This document shows positions 54,035-62,934 of a stretch of DNA of 64,000 bases, in pieces. The stretch lies in assembly GCA_035480715.1 (NCBI GenBank), contig DATIHL010000015.1, positions 8,384 through 72,383 on the forward strand, written 5' to 3'. Positions within the stretch are counted from its first letter, which is position 1. Every line of letters begins with the position of its first letter. This stretch comes from Candidatus Saccharimonadales bacterium. GTDB lineage: Bacteria > Patescibacteriota > Saccharimonadia > Saccharimonadales > UBA10212. Below the pieces are notes generated by a model. That model did not search any database, was not told the DNA's origin, and worked only from the letters and a program-made list of their open reading frames with translations. The position numbers and the translations under genes were made by a program.

Positions 54035-55309
54035 TTACTTAGAGAGCTTTTTTATTTTGCCGGCGAACCATTTAGCGCTGGGACGGATGGTGCGCCTCAT
54101 ACCGTGTTTACGATCCACTGCCACTAGTCCAAACTTGGGCCACCAGCCCTGAGCCCACTCAAAATTATCTAGCAAGCTCCAATGGAAATAGCCCTTTATC
54201 TCTACTCCCTCTGAAATTGCCCTCTCCATGGCTACCACGGTCTCTTCTAGCCACCAGCGTCTATATTCATCGTGCATGTCAGCCACGCCGTTCTCGGTGA
54301 CAAGAATTGGCTTATTATAATGCGCCCAAGCACGCAATAGCAGCGGAAACAGCCCTTCCGGTTCCATATACCAGCCTAAGTCATTGACAGGCACTTTCGG
54401 GTCTTCGCGCTTAAACCAGCTCTGATAATAATCTGTGAAGTAGTAATTAACGCCGATAAAATCTTGCTCGTTCCTAATAAAATGCAGGAATGACCAGTTC
54501 CAAACATAGCGCATTATCTTGGTGGAAAGCTCATCGGATATATTGTGGGGGTCTTTGGCTTGAATGTTAGCCAGTTGTTGGGCCAAGCCGATTTGCAGGC
54601 TGGGTTTTTCCATCTTCAGTATGTAATAAGTCTGTTTGTGGGCTTGGATCATATTCCAATATACCCGGCTGGCACTTATAAAATTCTTCTCCTCTGGAGG
54701 CCATAAGCCCAGCAGATAGCTGTAAGAAGCGTAGATGTTGGGTTCATTAAGGGTTATGACGTAATTAACGTGAGGTGTTAGTTCTGTAGCTACTAGATGA
54801 ACAAACCTTTTAAAATATTTAAGGTTTTTTCGGTACTTAAAGCCGCCTCTGGCGGCAAACCAAATCGGTAAGCTAAAGTGCCAGATGTTCAAAATCGGCT
54901 CGATGTCGCGTTTTTTTAGTTCGACAATATATTGTTTGTAGTGATCAATCGCTTCTTGATTCCATTGGCCTTCTTCGGGTTCGATGCGCGACCATTCTAT
55001 AGTGAAGCGAAGAGCGTTGAGATTTAGCTTTTTTACCAGGTCAAAATCCTTAGGATACCTTCTGTAGTGATCTACGCCCTCGCCGCTAACATAATTATCC
55101 GGGCTCTCGGCTTGCTTTTTAACCTCGTCCCAGACAGGAGCCTGCCAGCGCCATTTAAGTAGTTCCTCTGCGTCTTTAGCTAGACGTGTGGCGTTTTCTA
55201 ACTCCCAGACCGTCCACTGGTTATGGTTACCGCCCTCAACCTGATGAGCAGATGTACTGGCACCCCATAAAAAATCTTCTGAGAAAGTTTTTTTTGTGTC
55301 TTCGCGCAT
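54035..55309 (-). CDS. Glycoside hydrolase family 1 (beta-glucosidase-like)
   Basis: FLWGASTSAHQVEG, TLNEPN (acid/base), VTENG (nucleophile) and HWSLLDNFEW. Confidence 0.88.
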   Translation of the reverse strand: MREDTKKTFSEDFLWGASTSAHQVEGGNHNQWTVWELENATRLAKDAEELLKWRWQAPVWDEVKKQAESPDNYVSGEGVDHYRRYPKDFDLVKKLNLNALRFTIEWSRIEPEEGQWNQEAIDHYKQYIVELKKRDIEPILNIWHFSLPIWFAARGGFKYRKNLKYFKRFVHLVATELTPHVNYVITLNEPNIYASYSYLLGLWPPEEKNFISASRVYWNMIQAHKQTYYILKMEKPSLQIGLAQQLANIQAKDPHNISDELSTKIMRYVWNWSFLHFIRNEQDFIGVNYYFTDYYQSWFKREDPKVPVNDLGWYMEPEGLFPLLLRAWAHYNKPILVTENGVADMHDEYRRWWLEETVVAMERAISEGVEIKGYFHWSLLDNFEWAQGWWPKFGLVAVDRKHGMRRTIRPSAKWFAGKIKKLSK

Positions 55310-55339
55310 TAACCTAATTGTAGCAAAAAGACGCTTAAG

Positions 55340-56149
55340 CTAACTACTTAACTCGTCGAGCGTTTTCATATCCTCAGCCGATAGCTCAAAATCAAAAACT
55401 TCGATATTTTCTCTTATTCTCTCTGGAGTAGCCGATTTAGGTATTGGCACGGTGCCATGTTGAATCGCCCAGCGCAGTACAACTTGAGCTGGCGTGCGGT
55501 CCATCCTCTCGGCAATATCTCTGACGGTAATGCTATCCAGTCCTCTTCCCTGTGTCAGTGGGCTGTAAGCTTCAATTACAATCTTATGCTGCTGGCAGAA
55601 CTCTAAAACCGGTCGTTGTTCGTTATAAATGTAGGGGTGGAACTCTATTTGGTTTACCGCCGGCACAACGTTTGAGGTTTCCAGAAGCTCTTCCAAGTGC
55701 TCGACCATGTAATTGGAGACGCCAATAGACTTCGTTAGTCCCTTTCCATTAATCTCTGTAAGAGCCCGCCATGATTCTTGCCGTCTATTCGCATCATGAC
55801 CGGGCCAGTGGACTAGGTATAAATCGATGTATTCAAGCCTTAGCCGGTTTAGGCTCTCGTCAAATGCCTGCAGTGCACTGTCAAAGCCAAAATCGCCAGG
55901 CCAAAGCTTGGTTGTAACGAATATTTCTTCTCTGGGTACGATCGATTTTCTAACAGCTTGGCCGACTCCGCGCTCATTGCTGTAAATTCGGGCGGTATCG
56001 ATTAGTCTGTAGCCCGCGTTCAAGGCTTCGCTTACTGAATTTATGACTTCCTCGCCTTCAGCCAAATTCCACGTCCCAAACCCAAAACTGGGCATTTTAA
56101 CCCCGTTATTTAACTTAATATCCGGCACATTGTATGCTCCTCGCTCCAT
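55340..56149 (-). CDS. Aldo/keto reductase (2,5-diketo-D-gluconate reductase-like)
   Basis: LNNGVKMPSFGFGTW, YRLIDTARIY, IDLYLVHWP and VSNY. Confidence 0.88.
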   Translation of the reverse strand: MERGAYNVPDIKLNNGVKMPSFGFGTWNLAEGEEVINSVSEALNAGYRLIDTARIYSNERGVGQAVRKSIVPREEIFVTTKLWPGDFGFDSALQAFDESLNRLRLEYIDLYLVHWPGHDANRRQESWRALTEINGKGLTKSIGVSNYMVEHLEELLETSNVVPAVNQIEFHPYIYNEQRPVLEFCQQHKIVIEAYSPLTQGRGLDSITVRDIAERMDRTPAQVVLRWAIQHGTVPIPKSATPERIRENIEVFDFELSAEDMKTLDELSS

Positions 56150-56247
56150 CTAATAAACTGTATCAGAACTAGTAGATTCGTCAGTAATCTTATGTACAAA
56201 GTGCTGGTGCTTGCAATCGAACTGGAAGCTAGATACCCTTATTTTAA

Positions 56248-57345
56248 ATGCACGGTGAGGGATTAAAGAGACGGCTGGAGACAGCTGAAGCCGAGGGATT
56301 AAAAACTGCTGCTGAATTCGCTCTTAATGGTCTAGCTAGGTACAAATGGGGCGATTTTGTCATTGCAGCTGCGCGGGGCGGAGAGAGAGTCGAAAGCCCA
56401 AGACTTCATACCATGGTCACGGGCATAGATTTCGAAGGGCCAGTCATGGTTGGCGCTGGCTGGGATAAAAAGGGCTGGGCTGTAGATGGACTATACAAAC
56501 TGGGCTTTTCAGGAACAGAAGTCGGCTCGGTATTGATATTCCCGCAATATGGCAATCCTAAACCGCGATTATTTACAGATGATGCTAGCCATAGCGTAGG
56601 GCTGAATAGGCTGGGGTTTAACTCCGTCGGCGTTGAAGCTGTAGCATCTAATCTCGAGGGGCAGGAGCGCTTAGGCGTGCTAGGCATCAGTCTGGGAAAG
56701 AATAAACTTTTAGCTGATGAATATGCACCGTGGGCCCATGCCGAAGTCGCAAAAAGACTCTACAAATATGCGGATTACTTAGTCATTAATGTTTCTTCAC
56801 CTAATACCCCAGGTCTTAGGAGTCTTCTTAATTCTGGGCCAATTAGAGAAATTATCCAGGCTGTAAATGAAGTGCGTTTCGATCACGAACTCGGGGCTAT
56901 TCCTATGTACGTCAAATTAACTGTCGATCTACCGATAGGGGATGTCGACGATGTTCTCGAGGTCTGTGTGGATGAAGATGTCGACGGAATAATTGATACC
57001 AATACTACAATTGATAAGGAGCTAAAAGCTAAATATGGATGGGCTGAGCAAATGGGTGGCCTTAGTGGTAACGATCCAGAGTTCCGCCGAAGAGCCACTG
57101 AGAGAATGAAATACATTACCCGAGCGACTAAGGGCACTGGTTTGCAGAGGATTGGTGTCGGAGGTATCAATAACACCGATTCAGCAATTGAACGAATTGA
57201 AGCCGGCGCCCAGATAGTACAGGTTGTGACGGGCATTAGACAGCATAAAGGCCGGATAGCCCGTGAGATAAACCTAGGGATTCTTGAATATTTAGATAAA
57301 ACAGGTGCCAAATCAGTTGAAGATATTGTTGGCATAGCAGCATGA
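56248..57345 (+). CDS. pyrD: Dihydroorotate dehydrogenase, class 2-like
   Basis: NRLGFNSVG, LGISLGKNK, YLVINVSSPNTPGLRSL and GVGGI. Confidence 0.85.
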   Translation: MHGEGLKRRLETAEAEGLKTAAEFALNGLARYKWGDFVIAAARGGERVESPRLHTMVTGIDFEGPVMVGAGWDKKGWAVDGLYKLGFSGTEVGSVLIFPQYGNPKPRLFTDDASHSVGLNRLGFNSVGVEAVASNLEGQERLGVLGISLGKNKLLADEYAPWAHAEVAKRLYKYADYLVINVSSPNTPGLRSLLNSGPIREIIQAVNEVRFDHELGAIPMYVKLTVDLPIGDVDDVLEVCVDEDVDGIIDTNTTIDKELKAKYGWAEQMGGLSGNDPEFRRRATERMKYITRATKGTGLQRIGVGGINNTDSAIERIEAGAQIVQVVTGIRQHKGRIAREINLGILEYLDKTGAKSVEDIVGIAA

Positions 57346-58619
57346 GTGAAAGAGGCCTTGAATTTGAAGAGACATCTAAGGGTATCTACCACGCTAACAT
57401 CATAGGACCAGTTACAGACGTTCATATGCATCCTCGGATATTTGATCCTCGTTTTTATCGACGTGAAGAAACTCCTAATGGTAAAGCGGGTATACATATG
57501 TACTCCCAAGCTGCTCTAAGGGCAGGTTTTTTCAGGGGGTTGGCCATGCCCAATGAATCTTTGCGAATCTATTCTCCAGATGAACCGGATCAGACAGAAT
57601 TAGTTCCTTATCCGCTTACTAAACCCGATCGCATTTTGGCTGCTGCCAATGTAATAATTCAGCGCTCCCTTATGAAAACCGGTTTGATAGCAGGAGTTGA
57701 TAGAGAAATAATCGGACTTGGTTTAGATAACAAAAGGCCAGAATTTACAACTCAGGAAGTCGAGAAAGTGTTCTCAAGCAGATATATTCAAGAGTTAGCA
57801 GCAGCTTTAAAAATTTATGGAGGCGAGACGACTGGCGGATATATGATTCCTATGGAAACGATCATTCCCGTAGCTGAGATTTGGCATAAGCACAATGAAG
57901 GCAAACCTGTATATCTACATTTAGAAGATGGTGCTGTTGGAATAATTTTAGAACAATGGCCAGCGCATATTCCAGCACACATCGCTCACGTATCCTCTCG
58001 ACAGGAGTTCGAACCTATCATTGAGGCTATAGATAGTGGTAAAAATGTCACTTGCGAAGCCACCCCTCACCATCTTTTCTTAACAGAAGCTACGCGAGAA
58101 GCAATTGGAGCATACGGCTGTATGAAGCCAACACTTAAAAGCGCAGAAGATGTAAAGTTTCTTTGGGATAATCTGAAATATATTCATATTTTTGCCAGCG
58201 ATTGTGCGCCGCATCGGGCGATCGATAAAGTTGGAATTGACGGCCAAGGAATTGATAACCCGGCATTTGGCGTTACCAATCATGACGTATTCTTGCCCTT
58301 ATTCTTCCAGACGATCCGGGATGGACGCCTAACCGAACAGGAACTATATGAACGTATAGTTACTAATCCTGCACAACGTTTTAATCTACCTAAGGATCGT
58401 TCGCGTTCGCGTTTTGAACTCAAACAGATTACAGCTGAAGAGGCGATAAAATCAACCGAATACGGCTGGAATCCATTCGCCATGTCCCCAGAGACACCAA
58501 CAATGATAGGAAAAATTATAAGTCAACTCAGCGAAGTTGGGCGACTTAATATAGTTCTTGTAGGAAGCGAACCGATTATCACTGCGCGTCCAGGTTATCA
58601 GAATTTAATTCGTTTTTGA
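57342..58619 (+). CDS. pyrC: Dihydroorotase-like amidohydrolase
   Basis: The start overlaps the pyrD stop (ATGA). DVHMHPR, HLED and FASDCAPH follow the metal-ligand pattern of cyclic amidohydrolases. Confidence 0.7.
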   Translation: MSERGLEFEETSKGIYHANIIGPVTDVHMHPRIFDPRFYRREETPNGKAGIHMYSQAALRAGFFRGLAMPNESLRIYSPDEPDQTELVPYPLTKPDRILAAANVIIQRSLMKTGLIAGVDREIIGLGLDNKRPEFTTQEVEKVFSSRYIQELAAALKIYGGETTGGYMIPMETIIPVAEIWHKHNEGKPVYLHLEDGAVGIILEQWPAHIPAHIAHVSSRQEFEPIIEAIDSGKNVTCEATPHHLFLTEATREAIGAYGCMKPTLKSAEDVKFLWDNLKYIHIFASDCAPHRAIDKVGIDGQGIDNPAFGVTNHDVFLPLFFQTIRDGRLTEQELYERIVTNPAQRFNLPKDRSRSRFELKQITAEEAIKSTEYGWNPFAMSPETPTMIGKIISQLSEVGRLNIVLVGSEPIITARPGYQNLIRF

Positions 58620-58645
58620 TTTAACCCTAAATGCTGATCCGGCAA

Positions 58646-59674
58646 TTAGGCAGCTAGTTTATCGTCGAAAGATACAACTTTAGTAAGCCACAAAATGCCC
58701 GCGGTTCTCATCCATGTACCCTCATGTACCTGCTCCTTTACAATTGCTTGAGGATGGTCAAAAAGTCTCTCTGGGAACTCATCACCACTTGGTTGAGGGT
58801 GTCCAAAAAGTGTATCCGGATTAGAGTTCATAATTTCATCAGTTAAATGTATCTGTTCAAAGCTTCTTCTGACTTCTTGAATTTCATCCGGTGTCCATGC
58901 TTGCTCTGTATGGGGATTAATCTCGTTTTGAAAACGCTCAGTCTGTCTTCGACTCAAAAAAACGGCGTGGGGGTTGAATTCCATCGCCTCGCTAAGTGTT
59001 CTAACTTCAGTAACATCTGTTCCCCTAGCCTCCACTAATTCCTTTACATCAGGCTTTATTTCTAGCCCATAGTGCGGAGATGCGAAAATGATATGATTGT
59101 CTTTAAAAACCGATAACCCTCTGGCGTCAGCTCTGTTCACTCGACCATGCCTATTGTCGCCAGCTATTACGACTCTAAGGCCATCCAGAGTCCCGAAATG
59201 ATTATGAAGCACCTTCATATCACCTAACCACTGAGTAGGGTGGCAGTCGTCTGCATTACCCAAGTTAATTACGGGTAATACATCCACAGAAGTGGCCATT
59301 GTAATGTAGCCTATGTGCTTACTCCTGAAGGCAAATGCTAAGTAATCCTGCTCTGCGATGGTCTTTACCATTGATGTAAAGTCCTCATCTTTAGCTAACG
59401 AAGATGTCTCTTCTATATTATCCCGAGCGTAAAATTCTATTTTTAAGTTGCTAGCCGCTTTGACTATAGCTCCTACCGTACGGGTGCTTGGTTCATCTGT
59501 ACCTACGTATATAATTTTGGACCCGTGCTTTAACCTTCTAACTTCCTCTATCGCCCACTCCAATCTTCCGGAATATGGGTTTTGGAGTTCTTTTGCCTCT
59601 TCTATTAGCCCAAGTGACTGCTCGCGCGTAAAATGCGCACTCGTATCAATGTGACGGTATAAAGTTTCTGACAT
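58646..59674 (-). CDS. pyrB: Aspartate/ornithine carbamoyltransferase family protein (divergent PyrB-like)
   Basis: STRTV (canonical STRTR), HPTQ, GDNRHGRV and HPQP (canonical HPLP), with an insertion near the C-terminus. The divergence makes substrate assignment uncertain. Confidence 0.6.
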   Translation of the reverse strand: MSETLYRHIDTSAHFTREQSLGLIEEAKELQNPYSGRLEWAIEEVRRLKHGSKIIYVGTDEPSTRTVGAIVKAASNLKIEFYARDNIEETSSLAKDEDFTSMVKTIAEQDYLAFAFRSKHIGYITMATSVDVLPVINLGNADDCHPTQWLGDMKVLHNHFGTLDGLRVVIAGDNRHGRVNRADARGLSVFKDNHIIFASPHYGLEIKPDVKELVEARGTDVTEVRTLSEAMEFNPHAVFLSRRQTERFQNEINPHTEQAWTPDEIQEVRRSFEQIHLTDEIMNSNPDTLFGHPQPSGDEFPERLFDHPQAIVKEQVHEGTWMRTAGILWLTKVVSFDDKLAA

Positions 59675-59733
59675 TTATGCCCACTATCGTTGATGGTTCA
59701 AAAAAGTGCAAGCATGAGCGTGTTGTTATTGGT

Positions 59734-60300
59734 TTAACGATTTTTTTTGAAGCTCTTCTTGTCCCGATAGGCTAAGTCACGGCGGTAATTGCCTAAATGG
59801 TCGATGTATCTCTCGTATGGGCGAAAAAGGCTGGAGTAGTGTACGTTCGGAGGCATTACCTTCAGCAATTTCCCCTGCTGTTCCAGGTATTCAACCAGGC
59901 AGAAAAAGTCGCCGTCGCCACTGATAATAATAGCCTTGTCGTAGTTTTTGAGCTCTTTCATGGCCCAAAGGACCAACTCCGCATCAACATTGCCCTTCAC
60001 CGGCTTCTTTTCTTCGTGCTCAGTTTTTTCGCCCGGCTGAGGTTGGGCAACTTGCTCGCGGGGTTTGCTCATATCGAATGTCGGTTTTAGCACTACCGAG
60101 TAGCCAGCGTCGTGCAAAAACTCATACATGTCCTGGAACTCTGGCACGTATCCAATAAACATAAATGCTTGGTCTACGCCGTACTTGTCTTTTAAGAATC
60201 GGCGGAACTTGCGCCAGTCTACCTTCCAACCAAATTTTTGGGTACTCACGTTGACATTCTGGCTGTCAATAAAAGCATATACTTGCTGCTTGCTATTCAT
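59734..60300 (-). CDS. NYN (LabA/DUF88) domain protein
   Basis: VYAFIDSQNVN...ISGDGDFFCLVEYLEQQGK, with an acidic/Lys-rich insert. Confidence 0.75.
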   Translation of the reverse strand: MNSKQQVYAFIDSQNVNVSTQKFGWKVDWRKFRRFLKDKYGVDQAFMFIGYVPEFQDMYEFLHDAGYSVVLKPTFDMSKPREQVAQPQPGEKTEHEEKKPVKGNVDAELVLWAMKELKNYDKAIIISGDGDFFCLVEYLEQQGKLLKVMPPNVHYSSLFRPYERYIDHLGNYRRDLAYRDKKSFKKNR

Positions 60301-60327
60301 CGTCTTAATAATACTATGAAAGCAGTT

Positions 60328-60669
60328 TTACAGATAGCGGGCGGTTCTATACGGTCTACTTTGATAGTGCCGAATAAGCCGCTTCATCTCGGACAGTATC
60401 AGCATCAATGACGGTAGATAGACCACTAAAATTAGTGCTATTGGATTACTAAGAAAATTAACAACGTAGCCCGCTTTTGGAAGCGCGGTTATTTTTTTAT
60501 CAGCAGCTGTTATCACGAGTTCGCCGTGACGTGCATTCATGTTCACTATATCGGTCTCAGAGCTGTGTATATGCAGTCCCTTAACTTGCCATATGCCCAA
60601 CAATATGACGCCTCCCACTATTAACAACAGCGCCAAGATTACAAAAATCGCCCTCAGAAATTGTTTCAT
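60328..60669 (-). CDS. Small two-TM membrane protein resembling the C-terminal part of a SipW-type signal peptidase
   Basis: 113 aa. ALPKAGYVVNFLSNPIALILVVYLPSLMLILSE resembles the C-terminal segment of S26B peptidases, but I see no SGSM-type catalytic Ser box. Confidence 0.35.
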   Translation of the reverse strand: MKQFLRAIFVILALLLIVGGVILLGIWQVKGLHIHSSETDIVNMNARHGELVITAADKKITALPKAGYVVNFLSNPIALILVVYLPSLMLILSEMKRLIRHYQSRPYRTARYL

Positions 60670-60673
60670 AAAT

Positions 60674-61267
60674 CTATATACCGATACCGCTGAACACGAG
60701 GTCTATTCCAGAGATTGTGGCGCTCTGAGCGTTGAATGCATCGCTGTCCATAGAAATCTTCAACGTATATGATCCAACTGCTCCACCAGATATCGGATCA
60801 GTTAAGCCCAGCCCGCCGGTGGCATTAGCGTCTTGAAGAGACTTTAGCGACAGGCTCTGCGAAACATTGGTGTCCGTGCGGGTAATTACTAGATAAATTT
60901 TACTCAGGTTTACGCTGGCATTAGTTGGTCCGGTGGTTGTCACTGAAGGCGTGCTGCTGATGGCAGCTTTGATCGACATGTTAGCCGTACCAAAATTTTT
61001 AAGATAAAGTGGGTCGCCGCTGCTGGGTGCTGCCGATCCGCCGGGGATCACTCCGGTGAAAGAATAACCGGCTAGCGTCGGTGAGTACCAGGTTAGCCCG
61101 TCTTTGCTAATCCTAAGATCGGCTGTGGCGCTATTGATAGTATTACCTGACAGCGTAGCACCTTGGCTTTGCAATGCCGCAAAAGTCATACCAGTAAGTA
61201 TTATTCCAATCGAACCAAAAACCATTACTGCTCTAACCAATGGCCACAAACTCTTTCGATTTCGCAT
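60674..61267 (-). CDS. TasA/camelysin-like secreted protein with a SipW-type signal peptide
   Basis: I trimmed the start to the ATG at 61267, which follows GGAGGAG. MRNRKSLWPLVRAVMVFGSIGIILTGMTFAALQSQGATLSGNTI fits the SipW-dependent signal pattern. Confidence 0.6.
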   Translation of the reverse strand: MRNRKSLWPLVRAVMVFGSIGIILTGMTFAALQSQGATLSGNTINSATADLRISKDGLTWYSPTLAGYSFTGVIPGGSAAPSSGDPLYLKNFGTANMSIKAAISSTPSVTTTGPTNASVNLSKIYLVITRTDTNVSQSLSLKSLQDANATGGLGLTDPISGGAVGSYTLKISMDSDAFNAQSATISGIDLVFSGIGI

Positions 61268-61377
61268 AACTCCTCCAATAATATTTGAGAATAATATGCC
61301 ACCAGAGTTTACCAGCGTCAATATTATTTTACTTGTTTCTTTTACAACACGCTGCTTTTATGTTAGAGCTTATGTTT

Positions 61378-62133
61378 TTAGTGATACTCAGGGTTCTGAC
61401 TTTTGGCGTTGGTTACATGCTCCCATTCGGCTGATATATTGCCGTAGGCTGGGATACCACCGATATCTTTTAGCATGCGGGCGGTATGCATTAAGTTCCA
61501 AGCCATAAAAGTCGCGTTGCGGTTAGTGAAATCGTTATCGTAGCCCAGTGGTGGGTCGATTTTTTGACCCATCCACTCAGTATCGCCGTAGCTCGGGCCG
61601 GGGCCGGCCTCGCCTATCCAGCCACAGTCAGCCTGCGGCGGTACCATGTAGCCGATGTGCTGTAAGGCGTACAGAATATCCATCGAGCAATGCTTAATGC
61701 CGTCTTCGTTGCCGGTGATCACACAGCCGCCGGTTTTGCCGTAATAAAGGTATTGGCCTTTGGTGTTGCGGTCGCCGCTGTAGGCGTACATGCGCTCAAT
61801 CACAAGGGTTGCGACGCTGGATTTTGTACCTAGCCAAATCGGGGAGCCAATGACTAAAATGTCGGCAGCCATGATTTTTTTCTGGATTTTAGGCCAATCA
61901 TCGCGGTCCCAGCCGCTCTCGGTGCCGTCTTTATCCATCCCAAAGGTGATTTGGTAGTCTAATGCGTAAATTTGTTCTACTTTCACGCCTCCCTTCCTCA
62001 TAATTCCGGCCGCGCGGTTCATCAATCTTTGGGTATGGGACTTAGTAGAGTCCTTTTTAATAGAACAATTGATAAACAGAGCTTTAAGGTCGGCAAACTG
62101 CTTAGTTTTAGTAGCTATTTTGGCCTTAGCCAT
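61378..62133 (-). CDS. Flavodoxin-like fold NAD(P)H-dependent FMN reductase family protein
   Basis: ALFINCSIKKDSTKSHT...ADILVIGSPIWLGTKSS. Confidence 0.75.
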   Translation of the reverse strand: MAKAKIATKTKQFADLKALFINCSIKKDSTKSHTQRLMNRAAGIMRKGGVKVEQIYALDYQITFGMDKDGTESGWDRDDWPKIQKKIMAADILVIGSPIWLGTKSSVATLVIERMYAYSGDRNTKGQYLYYGKTGGCVITGNEDGIKHCSMDILYALQHIGYMVPPQADCGWIGEAGPGPSYGDTEWMGQKIDPPLGYDNDFTNRNATFMAWNLMHTARMLKDIGGIPAYGNISAEWEHVTNAKSQNPEYH

Positions 62134-62137
62134 AGAG

Positions 62138-62524
62138 CTACATCTGGTTTACGAGGTTGAGAATATTGCCGTCTGGATCTTTAAACCATGCAGCTTTCAT
62201 ATCACCAAAAGTGTGGATCTCGCCTTCGCGCTTTGCGCCAGGGATATTGTCGTACTGCTCAAAAGTTACGCCTTTTGATTTTAGGTCAGCAACGATTTTT
62301 TCAAGATCATCACCAACGCCCCAGCTAGCAGCTGTAGCTTTATTAGTACCCGCAAACTGTGAAGGATAAACAAGCACGTTGGAATCCCCACTTTTATACA
62401 AATTCCCTCCGCCGCCCGGGTCTACCTTGTCGACGGTCAGCCCCAAAGTTCCTTCATAAAATTTTTTAGCCGCGTCCATGTCCTTGACAGCGATAGTCGC
62501 GACAGCTGTTTTGTCTCCTAACAT
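62138..62524 (-). CDS. VOC (glyoxalase/bleomycin resistance) family protein
   Basis: 128 aa with AVKDMDAAKKFYEGTLGL...WFKDPDGNILNL. Confidence 0.8.
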   Translation of the reverse strand: MLGDKTAVATIAVKDMDAAKKFYEGTLGLTVDKVDPGGGGNLYKSGDSNVLVYPSQFAGTNKATAASWGVGDDLEKIVADLKSKGVTFEQYDNIPGAKREGEIHTFGDMKAAWFKDPDGNILNLVNQM

Positions 62525-62601
62525 ACCAAACCTCCCTTGCTTAGTTATATTTCTAGTATACCCTAGCCTCGCGCTGTCTCCACTTTAAAATCTATGATTA
62601 A

Positions 62602-62931
62602 TTATTTTGGTGGTAATGATTTAGCAAAATCTCTGCCAGTTTCAAGTAGTTCCAAGAGCTTTTTATCCGTGCTATAGGCTGGCTCTTCTGCAATGAACCA
62701 ATTCTTCATTGGCCGACCGGTCATGTCAAAGATTCTGATGCCAGGCTGCTTCAGTAATTCACTCGCCCTCTCTTCGCCAGCCCGCACGATCAACTGATCT
62801 TTCTTATGAGTTCCAAATGCCAAGTTACCGTTTATCATATAGCCATAACCCGAGAACATTTTCTTCTTGGTCGCTCCCCAATTAGCTGTTAATTCATCAA
62901 TTCTTTCTTCTAAAGTCATAGTCGTCACCAT
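62602..62931 (-). CDS. TfoX N-terminal domain-like protein
   Basis: KKMFSGYGYMINGNLAFGTHKKDQLIVRAG fits the TfoX_N pattern. Confidence 0.6.
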   Translation of the reverse strand: MVTTMTLEERIDELTANWGATKKKMFSGYGYMINGNLAFGTHKKDQLIVRAGEERASELLKQPGIRIFDMTGRPMKNWFIAEEPAYSTDKKLLELLETGRDFAKSLPPK

Positions 62932-62934
62932 TTC

